Origin: Chlamydiia bacterium
GTDB lineage: Bacteria; Chlamydiota; Chlamydiia; Chlamydiales; JBMOFD01
Direction: 5' to 3'
Assembly: GCA_049314435.1 (NCBI GenBank)
Contig: JBMOFD010000003.1
Span: 1-24,000 of the forward strand
Length of the DNA stretch: 24,000 nt
Below are positions 1 to 7,166 of this stretch, piece after piece. The notes under the pieces are model-generated. The model was not told where the DNA came from and made no database searches. It was given only the letters and a program-made list of their open reading frames with translations. The stretch's first letter is position 1. Each line of letters starts with the position of its first letter. A program made the translations under genes and the position numbers.

Positions 1-315
1 GTGCTTCGGGTGACTGTACGCGATGGCGTCAATACCTATGAAGCTGATCTGGTTCGGGACGAAGGAACCGCATCGGCCTCCCTTACACCCGGTGAACCAA
101 CTTCTGTGCTGCTCGTGATCGGGGACACGACAGAGAATGACCGCAAGATGGTGCGCTTGGTGCCTCTTACAGAGATGAGGAAAACGCTGTGCGAGCTCCA
201 GAGCGTTGAGGATCTGCCGGAGCAGCTCAAGCAATTCTGCTCGGAAATCCGCCAGATGCAACGGCGTCAGGCGTGCGCAAGAGCAGCGGCCGCGTCAAGA
301 CGGCAGCAGGTCTAG
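1..315 (+). CDS. 3' end of an unidentified protein-coding gene (continues upstream of the window)
   Basis: Frame 1 is open from base 1 to TAG 313-315 and is followed 40 nt later by a strong hairpin terminator. The 104 C-terminal residues end in a basic Q/R/A-rich tail and match no family I recognise. Confidence 0.4.
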   Translation: MLRVTVRDGVNTYEADLVRDEGTASASLTPGEPTSVLLVIGDTTENDRKMVRLVPLTEMRKTLCELQSVEDLPEQLKQFCSEIRQMQRRQACARAAAASRRQQV

Positions 316-355
316 ATAGGCTGAAGCTGCTCAGGCGCTAGCGCCGTGAAAATAG

Positions 356-397
356 AAACGCCGCTAAGAGGGAGACCTCTTAGCGGCGTTTTGTTTG
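356..397. terminator. Bidirectional intrinsic terminator between the convergent unknown gene and rpsJ
   Basis: Perfect 16-bp stem AAACGCCGCTAAGAGG (356-371) / CCTCTTAGCGGCGTTT (376-391) with a 4-nt loop GAGA. It is followed by TTTTGTTTG on the + strand. Read on the - strand, the same stem is followed by CTATTTTC. Confidence 0.75.
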
Positions 398-421
398 CCT
401 CGTGGCTTCCCAGAGGTTGGA

Positions 422-742
422 TTAGGCAGCAGCGACTTTGATGTCGACGCCAGCAGGCAGATTGAGCGTCTTCAACGCATCGATCGTCTTGCTGGTTGGC
501 TCCATCAGATCGAGCATGCGCTTATGTGTGCGCATCTCGAACTGTTCACGTGACTTGCGGTCAACGTGAGGGGAGCGGAGTACCGTGTAGATCTCCCGTT
601 CTGTAGGGAGAGGCACGGGGCCCACAACGCGAGCGCCAGTGCGCTTTGCGGTTTCCACGATGTCGTGGACGGCACGATCAAGTAATCTCTGATCGTACCC
701 TTTGAGGCGGATGCGAATCCGCTTACGTTCGGTTTTTGCCAT
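422..742 (-). CDS. rpsJ: 30S ribosomal protein S10
   Basis: The 106-aa ORF has full-length S10 character ([26 protein letters not shown]). It starts 9 nt after the fusA stop. Confidence 0.95.
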   Translation of the reverse strand: MAKTERKRIRIRLKGYDQRLLDRAVHDIVETAKRTGARVVGPVPLPTEREIYTVLRSPHVDRKSREQFEMRTHKRMLDLMEPTSKTIDALKTLNLPAGVDIKVAAA

Positions 743-751
743 GGATGGTTC

Positions 752-2839
752 CTACTTTTTGCAAATCTCTTCTTGGATTTTAGTTGGAACCCGCTCGAAG
801 TGAGACGGTTCCATGGTGTAACTTGCTCGCCCAGAGCTCAGTGAACGCAGCTGTGTGCTGTATCCAAACATTTCGCTCAATGGCACTTCGGCGTCGACTT
901 GGGTAAGGTTCTTACCAGTCTCTTGCCCTAAGATCTTCCCGCGACGACGGTTCAAGTCGCCAATCACATCACCCAAGGCTGTCTCAGGAGTTGTGACCAC
1001 AACTTTCATGATCGGTTCAAGGATCACGGGCTTGCACTTACGTGCAGCCTCTTTAACCGCCATGCTGCCGCAGATCCTAAAGGCAATTTCGCTGGAGTCC
1101 ACTTCGTGGTAGCTCCCGAAGGTGATGGTGACCTTGCAGTCGACTAGGCTGTATCCAGCCAAGACGCCTGTATTCAACCCATCTTCAACGCCCTTGATGA
1201 CCGCTGGGATGTATTCCTTAGGAATGACACCACCGACGATCTTGTTGATGATTTCGTTGCCCTTACCGATTTCATTCGGCTCGATATTCAGGCAAACGTG
1301 CGCATATTGACCACGGCCACCGCTCTGCTTGATGAACTTCGTCTCAGCAGATCCAGCTTGCGAAATCGTTTCTTTGTAGGCGACTTCAGGCTTCCCGACG
1401 TTGGCGTCGACGCTGAACTCACGCAACATACGGTCGCGCAGGATCTCCAGGTGAAGCTCACCCATCCCTGCAATGATCGTCTGTCCCGTCTCTTGGTTCG
1501 TTGTCACGCGGAAGGTGGGATCCTCTTCGCTCAAACTACTGAGTGCCATCGCCAGCTTCTCACGATCAGCCTTTGACTTTGGCTCAATGGCCATGCTGAT
1601 CACTGTCTCTGGGAACTCAATCTTTTCTAGCAAGACAGGGAAGCTCTCATCGCAGAGAGTATCGCCCGTCGATGTGTTCTTTAGCCCGATCACCCCAGCA
1701 ATGTCGCCCGAGTAAAACTCATCGCGGTCTTCACGATGGTTCGCATGGATCGCAACCAAACGGCTAATGCGCTCGCGCTTGTCCTTAGTTGTATTGAGTA
1801 CGGCACAGCCCTTTTTCAGGGTCCCGCAGTAAACACGTACATAGGTCAAACGTCCCACATAGGGGTCGGTCATGATCTTATAGGCAAGGGCAGCCATCGG
1901 CAGACTATCATCCGGAGCCAGGACGATCGCATCACCGTTGTCTGGATCCATCGCCTTAATTGGAGGACGGTCTAGCGGGCTAGGCAGCCAAGCAATCACA
2001 GCATCCAGCAGTTGCTGAACGCCCTTGTTCTTGAAGGCAGAGCCACATAGAACAGGCGTGATGCGCATCTCCACAACACCCTTGCGGAGCTTAGCGTTGA
2101 CTTCCTCGACCGTAAGAGCCGAAGGATTCTCTAGAACTTTCGACATGAAGGCATCGTCCGACTCGTCGATCGTAGCGAGCTCTTCGAGCAGGTGTGCTCG
2201 AGCAGCGTTCACTTCGTCGATCATGTCGGCTGGGATCTCCGTCTCAATGAAACGCATCCCTTTGCTCTCTTCGTCGAAGAGGAAGCCCTTCATCTGCACG
2301 AGGTCCACGAGTCCGCGGAGATTGCTCTCGCAACCGATCGGCAGTTGAACCGGGATCGCATTGGCCCCAAGCTTCTCACGCATGCTGGCGACAGCCGCAT
2401 TGAAGTCAGCCCCTGTGCGGTCCATCTTGTTAACAAAGGCCAGACGAGGCACGCGGTAACGGTCCGCTTGACGCCATACCGTTTCCGATTGAGGCTGCAC
2501 TCCAGCCACTCCGCAGAACACGGCTACCGCACCATCCAAGACGCGAAGACTGCGCTCCACCTCAACGGTAAAGTCAACGTGTCCGGGCGTATCGATGATG
2601 TTGATCTTGCAGTCGTGCCAATAAACGGTGGTAGCAGCAGAGGTGATGGTGATCCCACGCTCCTGCTCCTGTACCATCCAGTCCATTGTAGAAGCCCCTT
2701 CGTGGACCTCCCCAATCTTGTGGATGACGCCTGCGTAGTAGAGGATCCGCTCGGTCGTTGTGGTCTTCCCAGCATCGATGTGCGCCATGATCCCAATGTT
2801 ACGCACATTCGTGAGTTTGTCTTTTTCAGAACGGGGCAT
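752..2839 (-). CDS. fusA: Elongation factor G
   Basis: The 695-aa ORF carries the GTPase motifs [17 protein letters not shown] and NKMD and has end-to-end EF-G architecture. There is a 9-nt gap to rpsG upstream and a 9-nt gap to rpsJ downstream. Confidence 0.97.
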   Translation of the reverse strand: MPRSEKDKLTNVRNIGIMAHIDAGKTTTTERILYYAGVIHKIGEVHEGASTMDWMVQEQERGITITSAATTVYWHDCKINIIDTPGHVDFTVEVERSLRVLDGAVAVFCGVAGVQPQSETVWRQADRYRVPRLAFVNKMDRTGADFNAAVASMREKLGANAIPVQLPIGCESNLRGLVDLVQMKGFLFDEESKGMRFIETEIPADMIDEVNAARAHLLEELATIDESDDAFMSKVLENPSALTVEEVNAKLRKGVVEMRITPVLCGSAFKNKGVQQLLDAVIAWLPSPLDRPPIKAMDPDNGDAIVLAPDDSLPMAALAYKIMTDPYVGRLTYVRVYCGTLKKGCAVLNTTKDKRERISRLVAIHANHREDRDEFYSGDIAGVIGLKNTSTGDTLCDESFPVLLEKIEFPETVISMAIEPKSKADREKLAMALSSLSEEDPTFRVTTNQETGQTIIAGMGELHLEILRDRMLREFSVDANVGKPEVAYKETISQAGSAETKFIKQSGGRGQYAHVCLNIEPNEIGKGNEIINKIVGGVIPKEYIPAVIKGVEDGLNTGVLAGYSLVDCKVTITFGSYHEVDSSEIAFRICGSMAVKEAARKCKPVILEPIMKVVVTTPETALGDVIGDLNRRRGKILGQETGKNLTQVDAEVPLSEMFGYSTQLRSLSSGRASYTMEPSHFERVPTKIQEEICKK

Positions 2840-2848
2840 GTTACAACC

Positions 2849-3322
2849 TTACCACTTGAAGTGAGCAAACGCTTTGTTTGCTTCTGCCATGCGGTGCATG
2901 TCCTCTTTCTTCTTCACAGAGGAACCTTGGTTGTTGAAGCAGTCTGACAGTTCGCCCGCCAAAGCTTCTAACATGGGCTTGCCGGCCTTGGCGCGGCTGA
3001 AGTTAATGATCCATTTGCAGGCCATCCCTAGGCGGCGATCAGGAGCGATCTCCACAGGAACTTGGTAGGTCGCACCACCGACGCGGCGGCTCTTGACTTC
3101 CAGTTGAGGTTTGCAGTTCTCAATCGCCGTTTCAAAGGCTTCGAGAGGATGCTCCGCTTTCACTCGCTGTGAAAAGAGCTCAATGGCTCCATACACAATC
3201 GTGCGAGCCACGGATTTCTTTCCGCCAATCATGAGGCGGTTGATGAACTTGGTTACGAGGATACTGTTGTAGACCGGATCGGCCTCTACAGTACGCTTCG
3301 TTGCACGGCGTCTTCTTGACAT
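2849..3322 (-). CDS. rpsG: 30S ribosomal protein S7
   Basis: The 157-aa ORF shows typical S7 sequence (DPVYNS..VTKFIN..M.GGKKS, EVKSRRVGGATYQVPVE, ends AFAHFKW). Confidence 0.96.
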   Translation of the reverse strand: MSRRRRATKRTVEADPVYNSILVTKFINRLMIGGKKSVARTIVYGAIELFSQRVKAEHPLEAFETAIENCKPQLEVKSRRVGGATYQVPVEIAPDRRLGMACKWIINFSRAKAGKPMLEALAGELSDCFNNQGSSVKKKEDMHRMAEANKAFAHFKW

Positions 3323-3364
3323 GGGCTCTGTCTTTCATGGTTGAGGTGTTGCACCTTCACTCGA

Positions 3365-3411
3365 CTCAGCCAATGCTGAGCCTGCCCGTGGTCCAGGCAC
3401 TATCAAGTGCC
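3365..3411 (-). promoter_or_regulatory. Two short perfect hairpins in the 162-nt rpsL-rpsG intercistronic spacer (possible S7 autoregulatory/processing structure)
   Basis: First hairpin: CTCAGC (3365-3370) loop caat GCTGAG (3375-3380). Second hairpin: GGCACT (3396-3401) loop atca AGTGCC (3406-3411). Both are perfect palindromic stems, so they fold in the minus-strand mRNA too. Confidence 0.3.
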
Positions 3412-3484
3412 GGGGCCACGAACTAGGAGACCGATCGCGGTTTCCTTGTGTTACTCACGCCCTGTCGGGCATGTGGCGTTCAAA

Positions 3485-3859
3485 TTATTTCTTAGGACGC
3501 TTAGCGCCATATTTGGAACGGGCTTGTTTGCGATCCTTAACAGGTGCGCAGTCCAAAGCTCCACGTACGATGTGATAGCGCACGCCAGGAAGGTCCTTCA
3601 CGCGGCCGCCACGTACGAGAACGATGCTGTGTTCCTGTAGGTTGTGTCCTTCACCACCGATATAGGCGATGATCTCTTGGTTGTTAGAGAGCCGGACCCA
3701 CGCTACTTTTCGTAGTGCTGAGTTGGGCTTCTTGGGCGTCTTGGTCTTCACTTGAAGACAGACACCACGACGCTGTGGACAGGCTTGAAGCGCAGGGGAT
3801 TTGGTCCTCTTCGTCTTCGCCGTCCGCGGATGTCGAATCAATTGGTTAATTGTAGGCAT
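3485..3859 (-). CDS. rpsL: 30S ribosomal protein S12
   Basis: The ORF is open to 3886, but the universal S12 N-terminus MPTINQLIR begins at ATG 3859, giving 124 aa. The promoter-like hexamers at 3895-3923 would place the transcription start at about 3888. Confidence 0.95.
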   Translation of the reverse strand: MPTINQLIRHPRTAKTKRTKSPALQACPQRRGVCLQVKTKTPKKPNSALRKVAWVRLSNNQEIIAYIGGEGHNLQEHSIVLVRGGRVKDLPGVRYHIVRGALDCAPVKDRKQARSKYGAKRPKK

Positions 3860-3894
3860 TGCTGCTTGCGCCTTCTTTATTGGCAAAGGCGATC

Positions 3895-3923
3895 ATTATG
3901 AGCATCTTGCAGTTTGTTGCCAA
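3895..3923 (-). promoter_or_regulatory. Putative sigma70-type promoter of the rpsL-rpsG-fusA-rpsJ operon
   Basis: The minus strand reads TTGGCA (3923-3918), a 17-nt spacer, then CATAAT (3900-3895), about 35 nt upstream of the rpsL ATG. Confidence 0.35.
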
Positions 3924-4158
3924 ATCGGGCGGAGGGACGGCTGCTTCAGTAACGCAAAGAGTGGGCAGCCAAGGAGAGCAGGACTTGGTTAGGCCGGGCG
4001 CGGAGTAAGGAAGAATAGGGGAAAGGGCCGGTGATTTTCAAGGTGTCTGATAGAGGGACCCATGGACCAGTCAGGCGAAGTGAAAATATTAATATTTTGT
4101 TTATCGGGGAGTTGAAGTCGGCAGACAAAGTAGAGGAGTGGCAGCTGGACTTTTCGTG

Positions 4159-4497
4159 CTAGGCATGGAAGATCACGAGAATTTCCCCCATATTGGGCAC
4201 CTCCGACCATAGGAAGTCAGAGTTGTCGAGATCGAATGGGACGGGTGTCCTGTCAGAATCCAGTACGCCGACGGTCTTGCGGCGGCTCCACAAGGTGGTC
4301 CAATCCAAGGCTCTGTCGATCTGTTGGAGCCGGCTAGCCTCTAAAGAGCGGAACTCGTCAAAGGCCAGTTTGCACACCTCGTGACAGCGAGAGGTTGCAT
4401 TGAGGCTGGTCCAGGTAGATCCAAGTCGCTCTTGGAAAAGACCATCGATGCTATAGAAGGTGACCTCTGTCCAGGCCCAGCTGTTGACGATGGCCAT
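4159..4497 (-). CDS. Hypothetical Trp-rich small protein, translationally coupled to scpB
   Basis: ATG 4497 lies 2 nt after the scpB TGA (4502-4500); a TTG at 4503 overlaps that stop. GGAG sits about 14 nt upstream. The ORF is 112 aa and matches no family I recognise. Without it, about 640 bp upstream of rpsL would be non-coding in an otherwise tightly packed region. Confidence 0.4.
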   Translation of the reverse strand: MAIVNSWAWTEVTFYSIDGLFQERLGSTWTSLNATSRCHEVCKLAFDEFRSLEASRLQQIDRALDWTTLWSRRKTVGVLDSDRTPVPFDLDNSDFLWSEVPNMGEILVIFHA

Positions 4498-4499
4498 CG

Positions 4500-5078
4500 T
4501 CAAATCGACGGCTCCGATATTCCCTCAGACTGGGGAAGGAGCTCAGCTAGGTCACGTAAGCCAAATTGCTGTAAGAAGGCCTTCGTTGTGGCCAATAGAG
4601 CCGGGCGACCAGGCTTGTCGGCACGTCCGGTGACCTCAATCAAATGCCGTTCCAGCAGAGCGGTAACAGCATAGCTGCTATCTACACCGCGAATGGCATC
4701 GATCTGACTTCGGGTCACCGGCTGACGGTAAGCGACGATGGCCAGGACCTCCAGCTGAGAGGGGCCGAGGCGATCGGCGCGCCGTGAGGAGGAGCGACTC
4801 AAATAGAGGCCCAGAGCAGCGCGCGTTCGCATCAGATAGCCGCCCGCCATCTCGACGATTTCGAGAGCGGAATTGCGCAGAGCGAGCTCTTCAGAGAGCT
4901 CGCGCAATAGCTGCACGATCCACTCCGGTGGAGCGTCGCCGAGCTCTCGGAGAGGTTGGGCGCACTGCTCCAGAGTTAGGGCCGTGGGCGAGCTAAAGAG
5001 CAGCCCTTCAAGGATTTGTTTGGCCAGCTGTCGCTGGCGTGCGGCCTCTTCGAGGGCGCTGGCTAGATTGAGTTGCAT
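4500..5078 (-). CDS. scpB: Segregation and condensation protein B
   Basis: The 192-aa ORF has ScpB-type winged-helix sequence (ILEGLLFSSPTALTLEQ, LEVLAIVAYRQPVTRSQIDAIRGVDS, GRPALLATT..FL). It lies directly downstream of scpA. Confidence 0.85.
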   Translation of the reverse strand: MQLNLASALEEAARQRQLAKQILEGLLFSSPTALTLEQCAQPLRELGDAPPEWIVQLLRELSEELALRNSALEIVEMAGGYLMRTRAALGLYLSRSSSRRADRLGPSQLEVLAIVAYRQPVTRSQIDAIRGVDSSYAVTALLERHLIEVTGRADKPGRPALLATTKAFLQQFGLRDLAELLPQSEGISEPSI

Positions 5079-5871
5079 GTTCAGTGGCCGTGAGCCAGTA
5101 AGGGTCTGTAGGTTGAGAGGGGTCTTGCCGCACTTGAGCCGATCCGCGGCGCATCAGCTCCAGGATCGCTAAAAAGAGCACGATGCGACCTCCTCTAGAA
5201 GGAGTTTGTTGAAACAACAGCAGAAGAGACTGGGTCCCTTCTGTAAGGAGAGCCTCCATGAGTGTGCGCACCACATCGCTCAGCCGAATCGGCTCGTCAT
5301 GGATCTTGGATCGCTCGGGAGGGGTCTTTGCCATCAGCTGAGCAAAAAGGCCTCGCAGCTCATCGGCATCGAGAGCAAGTAGAGGAGTGGGCTCGGCCGT
5401 GCCTTCAGGCGGCTCGATCTGCGATGGACGTACGTAGTGCAGAGCTTGCTGCCGTTCCAGCTCGACAAGACGCTCCGTCGCGCTCTTGAGGTGGCAGTAA
5501 TGCACAAGATGCTCAAGGAGCTCTGTAGACGGAATCCAGAACTGGTCGATGGACTCCTCTTCTGTGCCCTGCTGGAGGAGCGCCCGGCTCTTGATCAACA
5601 GGAGAGTCGCCGAGAGTGCCAGCATATCAGCGCTGATATCCACTTCGATGCGAGGCCGCTCAGCGCGAGCCACGGTGTACTGGCGCAGGATCTCCAGCAG
5701 CTGGACGCGGTAGACATCGACTTCACGTCGCTGCACAAGGGCCAGGAGAACCTCTAGAGGCCCCTCAAACTGATCCAGGTGAAAGGTGTAGGGGGTGAGA
5801 GACAAAGCCGGCGCTCCCACTCGACGTAGCGCTTCCATCGGACGCGCTGCTGCTGGTGGGTCATCGGCCAT
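5008..5871 (-). CDS. scpA: Segregation and condensation protein A (kleisin)
   Basis: The 287-aa ORF shows the ScpA hallmarks FEGPLEVLLALVQRREVDVY near the N-terminus and FLAILELMRRG near the C-terminus. Its 3' end overlaps the scpB start by 71 nt. Confidence 0.85.
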   Translation of the reverse strand: MADDPPAAARPMEALRRVGAPALSLTPYTFHLDQFEGPLEVLLALVQRREVDVYRVQLLEILRQYTVARAERPRIEVDISADMLALSATLLLIKSRALLQQGTEEESIDQFWIPSTELLEHLVHYCHLKSATERLVELERQQALHYVRPSQIEPPEGTAEPTPLLALDADELRGLFAQLMAKTPPERSKIHDEPIRLSDVVRTLMEALLTEGTQSLLLLFQQTPSRGGRIVLFLAILELMRRGSAQVRQDPSQPTDPYWLTATEHATQSSQRPRRGRTPATAGQTNP

Positions 5872-6052
5872 GTGACAAGCTCTCTCTCAGATCTCTATGG
5901 AGCGTACTGTCCCTGGAACTATCCTGCAATCCATTAGGACCTGCTTGGATTCAGGAAATGAATATGAGAAAGAATTTCCGAGATAACCTGCCTCAGCTCA
6001 ATCAGGTCCCGGTCAAGAGAGGATAAGCAGGGTTGCTCTACTTCGGTTCATC

Positions 6053-6670
6053 TCACTGCCCAGCAACCAGTGGTTCAAGAATGTCTCTCATCACATGGTC
6101 TACCCGGAATAGTTTAGCATACCTGAACAACAGGTCGAGTCTAGGGCCCCTGCGTCGCCAGTACATATTGAGGGCTTCTAGAACAACGTCCTGGCCGATT
6201 TTGTTGCGAAATTTGACGCAGTCAACAAGCGTTTTTTCGATGTCAAAAACTCTAATAGTGCAGCCATCGATTAGATGTTCCACGACCCCTGTTTCAAGAA
6301 GGGTCTTGCCGTACCAGAAGTGACGCATGGGTGGATGAGAAAGCGATGGCCTGTGCCCCTTTGCAGGCATGGCAACGTAGATAGAGTGGGGTATCTGGGT
6401 GGTGAGTTCATGGAAAGACAAAGCGGAGATCAGGCAAATGATCCCCTTAGGAATCCTCTTAGTTACCGTGATAAAATCAGGCGAGAAGGGTGCTGGCATG
6501 TCGGTCAGTCGGAATAGGCCTCGGTTTAGGACCTCTAAGTCGCCTCTATCTCGAAGAGCATAGAGTTCTCGCCGGTGAATCCCAAGAGCTAGGGCTTCAG
6601 ACATCATGAGGGTTCCTCCCGCCGTCCGGAAAGTCGAGGTGGCCAGATCAAGTTTGGACTTTTTCTCCAC
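6053..6670 (-). CDS. AbiEi-family (COG5340) type IV antitoxin / transcriptional regulator, with no adjacent toxin gene
   Basis: An N-terminal winged-helix-like segment (EALALGIHRRELYALRDRGDLEVLNRGLFRL) is followed by the typical AbiEi C-terminal domain (IPKGIICLISALSFHELTTQIPHSIYVAMP; IRVFDIEKTLVDCVKFRNKIGQDVVLEALNMY). The ORF opens at GTG 6670. ATG 6607 has a much better RBS (GGGAGG 7 nt upstream) and may be the true start, giving 184 aa. Confidence 0.8.
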   Translation of the reverse strand: MEKKSKLDLATSTFRTAGGTLMMSEALALGIHRRELYALRDRGDLEVLNRGLFRLTDMPAPFSPDFITVTKRIPKGIICLISALSFHELTTQIPHSIYVAMPAKGHRPSLSHPPMRHFWYGKTLLETGVVEHLIDGCTIRVFDIEKTLVDCVKFRNKIGQDVVLEALNMYWRRRGPRLDLLFRYAKLFRVDHVMRDILEPLVAGQ

Positions 6671-6735
6671 GGTACAAATCCTCGGACTAAACTAGTGATG
6701 TCCGCGAATTTGTACCAAATTAGAAGCACTGTCAA
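6671..6735 (-). promoter_or_regulatory. Putative AbiEi promoter/operator
   Basis: A perfect 9-bp inverted repeat, GGTACAAAT (6671-6679) / ATTTGTACC (6708-6716), has its arms 28 bp apart. On the coding strand a perfect TTGACA (6735-6730) sits 13 nt upstream of the distal arm, so any -10 element overlaps that arm. Confidence 0.35.
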
Positions 6736-7038
6736 ATGCACGGTGGCAATTCAGTCACTCAGCCGTGCCGCACTTGCCTTCAAGGAGCTCCAGCTTTTTG
6801 GTGCTTCTGTAAGGGGCTAGGGCAGTTTATGGGGCCCTAAATGACCCTGGGCGCAGGTTCTGGTGGGCGGCCAATCGGAGAGCCAAGCTCGCATGCGTGA
6901 CTTTAACCAGACCTGGAGAGGTTGCTGTGGTAAGCTCCAGACGGTGCCGCGTTTCCCAATAGAAAAAAAACGAAGAGTCGCGTAACCTTGTTGGGACCGA
7001 CATGGAGCGCAGGCTTTCTGTTGGTCGAAGGAACACGT

Positions 7039-7125
7039 GGAAAGATGGCTGAGCGGCCGAAGGCACGTCCCTGCTAAGGACGCGTACCCTTACGGGTACC
7101 GAGGGTTCAAATCCCTCTCTTTCCG
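7039..7125 (+). tRNA. tRNA-Ser (anticodon GCU)
   Basis: The 87-nt cloverleaf was folded by hand. Acceptor stem: GGAAAGA/TCTTTCC. Anticodon stem: CGTCC/GGACG with loop CTGCTAA. Long variable arm: GTACCC-TTAC-GGGTAC. T arm: GAGGG-TTCAAAT-CCCTC. Discriminator is G, and CCA is not encoded. Confidence 0.92.
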
Positions 7126-7140
7126 ACTTCTTCTTGGCGC

Positions 7141-7164
7141 CCTATACTCCGGAAAGAGTATAGG
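7141..7164 (+). promoter_or_regulatory. Perfect 9-bp hairpin between tRNA-Ser and the dedA start codon
   Basis: CCTATACTC (7141-7149), loop cggaaa, GAGTATAGG (7156-7164). The 3' arm ends 2 nt before ATG 7167 and covers the position where an RBS would lie. Confidence 0.3.
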
Positions 7165-7166
7165 CC

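Noticed and set aside
2192-2947. 251-aa ORF on the + strand, antisense to fusA and rpsG
   Set aside because: It lies entirely within two highly conserved genes on the opposite strand. Its composition is typical of antisense read-through in GC-rich DNA, and it has no recognisable motif or RBS.
3860-3886. Nine-codon N-terminal extension of rpsL (ATG 3886)
   Set aside because: S12 proteins start MPTINQLIR. The ATG at 3859 reproduces this, and the predicted promoter would start transcription at about 3888.
4159-4497. Barstar-like or immunity-protein identity for the small ORF (IDG ... ALDWTTLW versus barstar NLDALWDCL)
   Set aside because: The spacing between the two segments does not fit barstar, and the match is only a few residues. 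There is no adjacent nuclease or toxin gene.
5872-6052. Possible remnant of an AbiEii toxin N-terminus. The minus-strand frame reads ...DRDLIELRQVISEILSHIHFLNPSRS*.
   Set aside because: Only about 38 codons are open, there is no start codon context, and the resemblance to AbiEii N-termini is too vague to judge by eye. It needs a profile search.
6698-6820. 40-codon + strand ORF divergent from AbiEi, considered as a possible small toxin partner
   Set aside because: It has no Shine-Dalgarno sequence and no recognisable motif, and its start lies inside the AbiEi operator region. The evidence is not enough to call a gene.
6827-7066. 79-aa minus-strand ORF upstream of, and overlapping, tRNA-Ser
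   Set aside because: It overlaps the 5' part of a well-folded tRNA gene. The sequence is low-information with no RBS. I treat 6717-7038 as non-coding.
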